NCBI GenBank assembly: GCA_027341315.1
Contig: DAIENA010000001.1
Span: 1 to 38,872, forward strand
Direction: 5' to 3'
From: an archaeon
GTDB taxonomy: Archaea > Nanobdellota > Nanobdellia > Pacearchaeales > GW2011-AR1
Length of the DNA: 38,872 nt
Made by a program: the position numbers and the translations under genes. Numbering within the stretch: position 1 is the first letter of the stretch; each line of letters starts with the position of its first letter. The notes under the pieces are model-generated. The model was not told the DNA's origin, searched no databases, and worked only from the letters and a program-made list of their open reading frames with translations. Below, one piece after another: positions 8,901-15,734 of the stretch.

Positions 8901-9004
8901 TTTATTATCACCTTTTTTTATTTTTTAAACTAAATCGTTTTTTATCATATACATAAGAGTTGTATATTTAATAAGAATTACCTGACAAATTTGCTACACA
9001 AATT

Positions 9005-9012
9005 TTTATAAA
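9005..9012 (+). promoter_or_regulatory. TATA box (TTTATAAA) for thyX
   Basis: The octamer centre lies about 26 nt upstream of the ATG at 9034, consistent with a leaderless archaeal transcript. Confidence 0.5.
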
Positions 9013-9033
9013 TAAAATTTTTTTAATTATAGA

Positions 9034-9921
9034 ATGGAAGAAAGAATTTTTGTTCCGGAAATGGATAAAATTTTGAATAAAGAGTTTAAAGTGTTGGATA
9101 AGGGATTTGTCAGAGTTGTTGATTATATGGGAGGAGATGAATCAATTGTTCAGGCCGCAAGAGTTTCATACGGAAAAGGAACAAAAAAAGTTAGCGAGAA
9201 CAAGGGATTGATAAGATATTTAATGAGACACCACCATACAAGTCCTTTTGAAATGGCTGAGATAAAATTGCATGTTAAAGTGCCAATGGATGCGTGGAGA
9301 CAATGGATAAGACACAGGACAGCAAATGTGAATGAATACTCAACAAGATATTCAATTGCAATTGACGAAATGCAGGAAACCTCCCCCGTTGAATGGAGGC
9401 TTCAATCCAAAGACAACAAACAGGGAAGTAAAGGTATGGTTTCCGAAGACATTGGGAGGCAATTAACAAATAAGGAAGAAAATCTTCAGAAATTCTCAAG
9501 AGAGATATACAATGAGCGAATTGATTTTGGGGTTGCAAAAGAACAAGCACGAAAAGACCTTCCATTGTCGACTTATACTGAAGCATACTGGAAAATTGAT
9601 TTACATAATTTATTGCATTTTCTTGGATTACGAATGGATGAACATGCACAACATGAAATAAGACAATATGCAAATGTAATTGGAAATGAGATTGTATCAA
9701 AATGGGTGCCAATGACCTGGGAAGCTTTTCAGGATTACAAATTGAATTCGATTAATTTTTCTTCTTTGGAATCGAAGACGTTAATAAAAATTATCAACAG
9801 CAAAGAGGGCTTGGAAAATATTGACAATTTTTTAAATTCGGAATTTTTCAAGTCAGATGGGAAGTTGAATGGAGAAGGACTTGAATTTAAAGAGAAGATA
9901 AAAAAGATGCTGAAGATGTAA
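9034..9921 (+). CDS. thyX: Flavin-dependent thymidylate synthase
   Basis: RHRTANVNEYSTRY matches the ThyX motif RHRxxSxxxxSxR. Overall ThyX-like N-terminus (FVRVVDYMGGDESIVQAARVSYG). Confidence 0.85.
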   Translation: MEERIFVPEMDKILNKEFKVLDKGFVRVVDYMGGDESIVQAARVSYGKGTKKVSENKGLIRYLMRHHHTSPFEMAEIKLHVKVPMDAWRQWIRHRTANVNEYSTRYSIAIDEMQETSPVEWRLQSKDNKQGSKGMVSEDIGRQLTNKEENLQKFSREIYNERIDFGVAKEQARKDLPLSTYTEAYWKIDLHNLLHFLGLRMDEHAQHEIRQYANVIGNEIVSKWVPMTWEAFQDYKLNSINFSSLESKTLIKIINSKEGLENIDNFLNSEFFKSDGKLNGEGLEFKEKIKKMLKM

Positions 9922-9943
9922 TTTTAATTTTCTTATCCAAAAT

Positions 9944-9951
9944 TTTATAAA
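9944..9951 (+). promoter_or_regulatory. TATA box (TTTATAAA) for the thioredoxin gene
   Basis: About 25 nt upstream of the ATG at 9973. Confidence 0.5.
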
Positions 9952-9972
9952 CAAAAATTTCTTAGGGGCTTG

Positions 9973-10299
9973 ATGGCAAATGGCGAGATTATTCCGGAAT
10001 TAACGAACGGCGAGTTTGAAGAGTTTGCAAAAGACGGGCTTGTGTTTATTGATTTTTTTGCGGAATGGTGCATGCCGTGCACGATGATGAGCCCGATAAT
10101 CGAAGACCTTTCGGAAGAGTTCGACGGAAAAATAAAGTTCGGGAAAATCGACGTCGACGACAACGCACGAATCGCCCAGAAGTTTGAAGTTTCATCGATT
10201 CCGACTTTCGTTTTGTTAAAAGACATGCAGATTGTCGAACGACTTTCCGGGACGATTTCTCAGGACGAACTCGAGGAAGTTTTAAGGAAACATTTGTAA
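9973..10299 (+). CDS. trxA: Thioredoxin
   Basis: FFAEWCMPC active site (WCxPC). Thioredoxin-sized with ...SSIPTFVLLKD. ATG at 9973 preferred over TTG at 9970. Confidence 0.8.
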   Translation: MANGEIIPELTNGEFEEFAKDGLVFIDFFAEWCMPCTMMSPIIEDLSEEFDGKIKFGKIDVDDNARIAQKFEVSSIPTFVLLKDMQIVERLSGTISQDELEEVLRKHL

Positions 10300-10316
10300 T
10301 TTAATCTCGAGAAACT

Positions 10317-10324
10317 TTTATAAA
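10317..10324 (+). promoter_or_regulatory. TATA box (TTTATAAA) upstream of the tRNA-Lys locus
   Basis: The octamer ends 30 nt before the first GGCTCCG copy (10355). It is 140 nt before the acceptor end of the complete tRNA (10465). Confidence 0.45.
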
Positions 10325-10345
10325 CTATTTTCCTAATTTACATCT

Positions 10346-10477
10346 ATTAATAACGGCTCCGTAGCTCGGCTCGCAAGCCCAGTTGCGGTTTCCATTTACG
10401 TTGCACAGATTTTGTGCAACTGAACATTGCTCGGCCTGGTCGACCAGTCTGAACAATTAATAACGGCTCCGTAGCTC
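10346..10477 (+). repeat. 22-bp perfect direct repeat (ATTAATAACGGCTCCGTAGCTC) at 10346-10367 and 10456-10477, duplicating the leader plus tRNA positions 1-13
   Basis: Read directly; the period is exactly 110 bp. The 88 bp between the copies contains a 7-bp/5-nt-loop hairpin (10401-10419), a 12-bp palindrome CTGGTCGACCAG (10436-10447), and a D-arm-like GCTCGGCCTGGTCGA. Confidence 0.9.
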
Positions 10478-10582
10478 AGCCTGGTCAGAGCACCGGACTT
10501 TTATGCACGACTTCGTCGTACGTTCTTCGCGAAGCGTCGCAAAGAAATCCGGGTGTCGAGGGTTCAAATCCCTTCGGGGCCA
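10465..10582 (+). tRNA. tRNA-Lys (anticodon TTT) with a 43-nt intron at the canonical 37/38 position
   Basis: Hand-folded. Acceptor GGCTCCG/CGGGGCC (one G-U pair), D-arm GCTC..GAGC, anticodon stem CCGGA/TCCGG, loop CTTTTA|intron|A, T-arm GAGGG-TTCAAAT-CCCTT, discriminator A, no encoded CCA. Intron 10504-10546: CTTT (10498-10501) pairs with AAAG (10541-10544), leaving 3-nt bulges TAT and AAA. This is a bulge-helix-bulge geometry. Confidence 0.85.
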
Positions 10583-10604
10583 TAATCTTCAATTACAAAA
10601 TAAA

Positions 10605-10931
10605 ATGAATTTGAAAAAACTGTTATCCACTTCTGCCGTTGAGAAAAAGTATTTGGAAGCAGGAAGAGTTTTTGGAGATAATTTGAGTTACATTTTTCTA
10701 GGAAAATGCGTCGAGTTTGAAAAAAATCTTGATAAATTAATTTCTTGGGAATTAGAATATGCAAAAAGAGGATTCAAAACCATCCCCCTTAATGAATTTG
10801 TAGAATTTGGCAGATATGGAAAGGACATAAAAAATATTTTAGGAAAAAAACGCGACGCCGGCGAAAAACCGTCATATCCCGCTCAAAATTACAAAGATAT
10901 TCTTTCATGGAAAGAAATTTTTTCGGATTAA
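10605..10931 (+). CDS. Hypothetical protein (108 aa)
   Basis: The ORF-track entry 10503-10931 overlaps the tRNA, so I trimmed it to the first ATG after the tRNA. Confidence 0.45.
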   Translation: MNLKKLLSTSAVEKKYLEAGRVFGDNLSYIFLGKCVEFEKNLDKLISWELEYAKRGFKTIPLNEFVEFGRYGKDIKNILGKKRDAGEKPSYPAQNYKDILSWKEIFSD

Positions 10932-11121
10932 ATTTTGAAATAGGACAAAATAATTTTCAAATTATAAATTTTTTGGTAAATAATTGTTGAAAATTCCAAG
11001 AAAATCTATTAACCACAACATTTTTAAACCATTTTTTAGTATCATTTATTATAGCACGTCTATCCATAAGTTACTCCTTAGGGGCGATTGTGTAAAATTA
11101 AAAATCACCGACGACAAAAAT

Positions 11122-11334
11122 ATGCATATTCTACAACCAAAGCACATTAAAATGAATGAAAAAGAAGTTGAAGAGCTTTTGGATAAATTAAATATCTCAA
11201 AAAGTCAGTTACCGAAAATTTTGGACGGTGATGTTGCGCTTCCGGAAGGTTGTGAAATCGGGGACGTCATAAAAATCGAGAGAAAAGATTCAGAGACCGG
11301 CGAATTAAATATTTATTTTAGGGTTGTTGTATAA
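11122..11334 (+). CDS. rpoH: DNA-directed RNA polymerase subunit H (Rpo5)
   Basis: MHILQPKHIKMNEKEVEELLDKLNISKSQLPKI...GDVIKIERKDSETGELNIYFRVVV has the RpoH pattern H-x-L-x-P-K-H...QLPKI...YR-V-V. Its stop overlaps the rpoB start (TAATG). The upstream part of the ORF-track frame has no plausible start codon. Confidence 0.8.
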   Translation: MHILQPKHIKMNEKEVEELLDKLNISKSQLPKILDGDVALPEGCEIGDVIKIERKDSETGELNIYFRVVV

Positions 11335-14300
11335 TGGTTGAGGGAAAAAATCATCTTGTTGTTAAGAAATATCTTGAGGACCACTCACTTGTTGAGTCTA
11401 ACATAATTTCTTATAATGAATTCATAAGTGAAAGAATGCAGGAAATTGTCGACGACATTTCTAATTCAATTGAACAGGACGAGGAAGAATTTAAAATTCA
11501 GCTTGGAAAAATTGAAGTCGGAAAGCCCGCGGTTATAGAGGCTGACGGAAGTACGTCGACGATTATGCCATACGAAGCAAGAATAAGAAATCTCACTTAC
11601 GCCGCGCCGATAAGTCTTGAACTTACTGTGAAAAAAGACGGACAGGTCGACTCCGAAGTTGTTGAGATTGGAAAAATTCCGGTGATGGTTAAAAGTAAAG
11701 CCTGCAACACATCAGGTTTTGACAGGGAAAAACTTATAGAAAATTATCATGACCCTCTTGATCCAGGAGGATATTTTATTATTAAGGGTAATGAAAGAGT
11801 TATGGTTATGGCCGAAGACCTTGCTGAAAATCAACCGTTCATAGAAGAAAATTCAAAGGGCCAGCTTGTTTTAAAATTATTTTCACTGAAAGGAACTTAC
11901 AGAATTCCGACGACGATAAAAGAGGCAAAAGACGGAATTTTTGAAACTTCATTTTCGAGATTTAAAGATATGCCGACGGTGATATTACTTAAGGCGTTGG
12001 GATTGACAAAAGAGTCGGATATTGCAAGATACATCGGAAAGGAAACTGACAGCGTTATTGTCAACCTTTATGAATTCGCAAACATTGCAACTGAAGAAGA
12101 CGCGATGATGTACATTGCCGAGAAAACAAATCTTCAGGGTACAAAAAAAGAAATTTTAGACAGAGTAAAGCAAAGAATTGATTCTTACCTTTTCCCCCAC
12201 ATCGGGCAGAACAAGGCGTCGCGAATGAAAAAAGCAGTCACGATTTGTAAACTTGTTAAACAATTTCTTTTGGCAAAAGAAGATACAACTCTTAGAACTG
12301 ATAAAGACCATTATGCAAATAAAAGAGTTCGACTTTCAGGAGATTTATTGACGACGCTTTTCAAAGTTAACCTTGGAATTTTAATACGAGACTTGCAATA
12401 TTCACTGCAGAAATCCCAGAAGAGAAAGAAATTTTTCTCAATTAAAGTTCTTGCAAAGTCAACTTTGTTTTCTCACAGAATTGAATCAGCGATTGCGACC
12501 GGTTCATGGACGGGGGAAAGAAGCGGGGTTACGCAGAACATGGATAAGACAAATTATCTTGCGACGATTTCACAGCTTCAAAGAGTGGCAAGCATGCTTG
12601 AGTCAGGCCAGGAAAATTTTAAAGCAAGAACTCTTCACCCGACGCACTTTGGAAGATTTTGCCCGATTGAAACTCCGGAAGGAACCGAAACGGGGCTCCG
12701 AAAAAATCTTGCGTTACTCAGTAAGGTGTCAACAAGAGTGGACCTTGACGAAGACAAATTTATAAAATATCTGGAGAAGTCCGGTCTTGACAAGGAATTG
12801 AATGAAGGTTCAGAAGTTTTTTTCAACGGAAACTATATTGGAAATGTTAAAGACTCTAAAGAGTTTTCAAATTTAATTAAAGAAAAAAGAAGAGGAGGAG
12901 AACTTCCGATAGAATTAAGCATTAACGAAAAGGAGGGTCTTCAGACTATTTTAATTTCAACTGAACCGGGAAGAGTTCTCAGGCCTTTAATTGTTATTGC
13001 CGACGGAGTTTCAAAATTAAAAAATGAACATCTTATCCAGCTTGAGCAGGGAAATTTAAAATGGATAGACCTCGTTAAATCCGGAATAATTGAATATATC
13101 GACGCTGCGGAGGAAGAAAGCGCGCTCGTTGCAATGAATTCGAACGAACTCACGACGGAACACACACATATGGAAGTAGATCCTGTTGCTTTTTTAGGGG
13201 TTGTTACAAGTATAACTCCGTATGTAAACCACAATTCATGTGCTAAATTAATTAAAGGAACAAAAAGTTTCAAGCAGTCACTTGGACTTTACGCGGCAAA
13301 TTATCTTTGTAGACTTGATACAGATGTTTCGGTATTACAGTATCCGCAAAAACCAATTGTAAGAAGTTTTGTTTATGACACTTTAAACACTTATCCTGCA
13401 GGTCAGAATCTCACCGTCGCTATTATGACGCACGAAGGGTATAACATGGAAGATGCTCTTGTTTTAAACAAGGGAAGTCTTCAGCGTGGCGTCGGAAGAA
13501 GCTTTTATTTTAGACCTTACTCTGCAATTGAAATGAATTACGCCGGAGGATTAAAAGACGAAATTGTAATTCCGGACAAAGACGTTTCGGGATACAAAAT
13601 GGAATCTCTTTACGGCTCTCTTGAAAACGACGGAATAATTTATCCGGAAGCAGATATTAACGAGGGGGAAGTTTTAATTGGTAAAACTTCGCCGCCGAAA
13701 TTTTTGAGTGAAGCAAGAGAAATTTCAGTCAGAACGAAAAAAGAGTCGAGCGTAACTTTAAGACAGGAAGAAAAAGGAATTGTGGAATCTGTTTTTGTAA
13801 CAATCGACGACGAGGGAAACAAAATCGTTCAGGTAAAAACAAGAGATTTAAGAATTCCGGAACTCGGAGATAAATATGCAACTCCGTACGGGCAGAAGGG
13901 AGTTATAGGCGCAATTATCGACGAGGAAGACGTTCCGTTCACGCAAAGCGGAGTAAGACCCGACGTTTTATTTAATCCGCACGGACTTCCGAGCCGTATG
14001 AGTGTAGGTTATTTACTTGAACTCTTGGCAGGAAAAGTCGGATGTCTTCGAGGAGAAACTGTCGACGGAACTGCCTTTGGCGGGGAAACAAAAAAAGATC
14101 TTGAAGAACAGCTTCAGAATTTAGGATTCAGATACGACGGAAAAGAAACAATGAGAAGCGGAGTTACAGGGAAGAAAATTGAATCCAAAATATTTTTAGG
14201 AAATCTTTATTATTTGAAACTTAAATATATGGTTGCAAATAAAATGCACGGAAGAGCGTCGGGAAAGATTGCTCTTTTGACAAGACAGCCAATTGAAGGT

Positions 14301-14597
14301 CGTTCACGTGGCGGTGCCTTAAGACTTGGTGAAATGGAGCAACAGGCGCTTGTCGCCCACGGTGCGTCGCTGTTATTAAAAGAAAGATACGATTCAGACA
14401 AGGTCGTTCTTCCGATTTGTTCAAAGTGCGGTTCGATAGGTATCGAGGACAAAATAAGAAAAAAGACGGTTTGTCCGGAATGTCATTCGGAAGAAATTGA
14501 ACCAATCGAAGTTTCGTACGCTTTCAAACTTTTGATTGAAGAACTTCAGGGACTTCACGTTCACACTAAATTTGAATTAAAAAATAAATACGAATAA
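11334..14597 (+). CDS. rpoB: DNA-directed RNA polymerase subunit B, unsplit (B'' and B' in one gene)
   Basis: 1087 aa in the canonical position after rpoH, with GYFIIKGNERV, MTHEGYNMEDA, GEMEQQALVAHGAS and a C-terminal zinc ribbon CSKCGS...CPEC. Confidence 0.95.
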   Translation: MVEGKNHLVVKKYLEDHSLVESNIISYNEFISERMQEIVDDISNSIEQDEEEFKIQLGKIEVGKPAVIEADGSTSTIMPYEARIRNLTYAAPISLELTVKKDGQVDSEVVEIGKIPVMVKSKACNTSGFDREKLIENYHDPLDPGGYFIIKGNERVMVMAEDLAENQPFIEENSKGQLVLKLFSLKGTYRIPTTIKEAKDGIFETSFSRFKDMPTVILLKALGLTKESDIARYIGKETDSVIVNLYEFANIATEEDAMMYIAEKTNLQGTKKEILDRVKQRIDSYLFPHIGQNKASRMKKAVTICKLVKQFLLAKEDTTLRTDKDHYANKRVRLSGDLLTTLFKVNLGILIRDLQYSLQKSQKRKKFFSIKVLAKSTLFSHRIESAIATGSWTGERSGVTQNMDKTNYLATISQLQRVASMLESGQENFKARTLHPTHFGRFCPIETPEGTETGLRKNLALLSKVSTRVDLDEDKFIKYLEKSGLDKELNEGSEVFFNGNYIGNVKDSKEFSNLIKEKRRGGELPIELSINEKEGLQTILISTEPGRVLRPLIVIADGVSKLKNEHLIQLEQGNLKWIDLVKSGIIEYIDAAEEESALVAMNSNELTTEHTHMEVDPVAFLGVVTSITPYVNHNSCAKLIKGTKSFKQSLGLYAANYLCRLDTDVSVLQYPQKPIVRSFVYDTLNTYPAGQNLTVAIMTHEGYNMEDALVLNKGSLQRGVGRSFYFRPYSAIEMNYAGGLKDEIVIPDKDVSGYKMESLYGSLENDGIIYPEADINEGEVLIGKTSPPKFLSEAREISVRTKKESSVTLRQEEKGIVESVFVTIDDEGNKIVQVKTRDLRIPELGDKYATPYGQKGVIGAIIDEEDVPFTQSGVRPDVLFNPHGLPSRMSVGYLLELLAGKVGCLRGETVDGTAFGGETKKDLEEQLQNLGFRYDGKETMRSGVTGKKIESKIFLGNLYYLKLKYMVANKMHGRASGKIALLTRQPIEGRSRGGALRLGEMEQQALVAHGASLLLKERYDSDKVVLPICSKCGSIGIEDKIRKKTVCPECHSEEIEPIEVSYAFKLLIEELQGLHVHTKFELKNKYE

Positions 14598-14598
14598 A

Positions 14599-14913
14599 AT
14601 GACAGTAAAATTAATCCAGTTCGAAAAACCAGAAGAGTATGATTTAATTAAAAATTACCTTCTGGAAAAATATAAAGATGAAAAAGATTTGGTTTCACAT
14701 GTGAATGATTCAAGAGCTTATTTTGGTCTCAAGGAATATGAAGTTTCTGCCAACCGTGAAGAAAAGAGAGTAATTCTTTTCGAATTTAAAAAAGGTGGAG
14801 AAAAAATTAATAATTTAGAAAAAGAATTAAAAGGGATACTTGGTAAAAATGAATTAAGTGAGAAAACGAGGGAAGATTTTCAGAAAGTTCTGGGGGAAAC
14901 AATTAAAAATTAA
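14599..14913 (+). CDS. Small hypothetical protein sORF-1 (104 aa), paralogue of sORF-3
   Basis: Starts 1 nt after the rpoB stop (TAA-A-ATG). Shares YFG.KEYEVSAN..KRVI and GEKINNLEKEL with 15171-15473. Confidence 0.65.
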   Translation: MTVKLIQFEKPEEYDLIKNYLLEKYKDEKDLVSHVNDSRAYFGLKEYEVSANREEKRVILFEFKKGGEKINNLEKELKGILGKNELSEKTREDFQKVLGETIKN

Positions 14914-14914
14914 A

Positions 14915-15169
14915 ATGAAAACAGAAATAAAATTTAAAGATGAAAATGAGTTTGAAATAATGGGAATGCAAATAGCAAATTATTTTGAAAAGGTGCTGGG
15001 AGTTTACACTCCGGGAGAATTAAAAAGTCATTACAGTATTAAAAATGAAAATCCTGTTGAAATAGAGATCTATCACAAGGAAAGAACTATTTTTATCGAC
15101 GGGAAAACAAATCATAAGAAAAGCTTTCTTGAAAAAATTGCAAAAGAACCATCGGAGGTTTTAGTTTAA
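14915..15169 (+). CDS. Small hypothetical protein sORF-2 (84 aa)
   Basis: ATG 1 nt after the sORF-1 stop; the ORF-track start at 14858 would overlap sORF-1. The N-terminus EIKFKDENEFEIMGMQIANYFEK resembles the N-termini of the other small ORFs. Confidence 0.55.
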   Translation: MKTEIKFKDENEFEIMGMQIANYFEKVLGVYTPGELKSHYSIKNENPVEIEIYHKERTIFIDGKTNHKKSFLEKIAKEPSEVLV

Positions 15170-15170
15170 A

Positions 15171-15473
15171 ATGAACACTATAACAAATTTAGAGAAATTA
15201 AATATGACGGAAATAAAAATAATTCCCATAGAAACATACAGCCAATACGAGGCAGTCAGAGATTATCTTTTAAAACTGCATTTAGATGAAAAAAACGGAA
15301 CTTTGTTTAGAGGTAGAAATAAAACTTATTTTGGAAATGAAAAATATGAAATCTCTGCAAACATGGATAAAAAAAGAGTAATTATAATCCAAGAAAACGA
15401 GGATGGAGAAAAGATTAATAATTTAGAAAAAGAATTAAACAATGTAGTTGGAGGTTTGAATAATACAAAATGA
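15171..15473 (+). CDS. Small hypothetical protein sORF-3 (100 aa), paralogue of sORF-1
   Basis: Starts 1 nt after the sORF-2 stop. The alignment to sORF-1 is obvious by eye. An internal ATG (MTEIKII) aligns with the sORF-1 start and is an alternative start. Confidence 0.65.
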   Translation: MNTITNLEKLNMTEIKIIPIETYSQYEAVRDYLLKLHLDEKNGTLFRGRNKTYFGNEKYEISANMDKKRVIIIQENEDGEKINNLEKELNNVVGGLNNTK

Positions 15474-15733
15474 CAACAGTAGAACAATATGTCGCGTATG
15501 GAAAAATAAAGTTGAGAGAATTGGAAACAGAATTATTATTTGAATTTTCCCAAGTTAAGGCAAATTTAAAACAGTTGGAAGAAGGAAACGAAAATAGTGA
15601 ATTAGGAATTCATTGTCTTAGATTTCGAAGGATGTCTTTAGAGTTGGGATATTATGACGTGGATACTTCAAAGCTGGATAGGGAATATAAATCACTTTTG
15701 CCTCAAATAAATAAATACATTAAAGCAAGTTAA
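15470..15733 (+). CDS. Small hypothetical protein sORF-4 (87 aa, probably helical)
   Basis: ATGA overlap with the sORF-3 stop. Its own stop lies 1 nt before the rpoA ATG. No similarity seen to sORF-1, -2 or -3. Confidence 0.55.
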   Translation: MTTVEQYVAYGKIKLRELETELLFEFSQVKANLKQLEEGNENSELGIHCLRFRRMSLELGYYDVDTSKLDREYKSLLPQINKYIKAS

Positions 15734-15734
15734 A

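Noticed and set aside
10368-10455. The 88-bp insert upstream of tRNA-Lys as a C/D-box sRNA or as the 5' half of a split tRNA
   Set aside because: Two CTGA (D-box-like) tetramers are present, but there is no RUGAUGA C box. No anticodon stem-loop or T-arm can be folded from it. It is kept only as an unexplained structured insert (see findings).
10503-10604. N-terminal extension of ORF 10503-10931
   Set aside because: It overlaps the 3' exon, intron and T-arm of tRNA-Lys, so the CDS was trimmed to the ATG at 10605. The same reasoning applies to 34810-34842, which overlaps tRNA-iMet.
9961-11085. CTTAGG(GGC) motif shared upstream of nrdR (1857), trx (9961) and rpoH (11077), considered as a possible promoter-proximal element
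   Set aside because: Its distance to the TATA box and to the start codon differs in all three cases (12, 45 and 62 nt to the ATG). With only three short occurrences, this is probably chance.
10984-11121. Long N-terminal extension of RpoH (116-aa ORF-track version)
   Set aside because: The extension is hydrophobic and low-complexity, overlaps the probable promoter region, and RpoH homologues begin close to the H-x-L-x-P-K-H motif. The ATG at 11122 was chosen.
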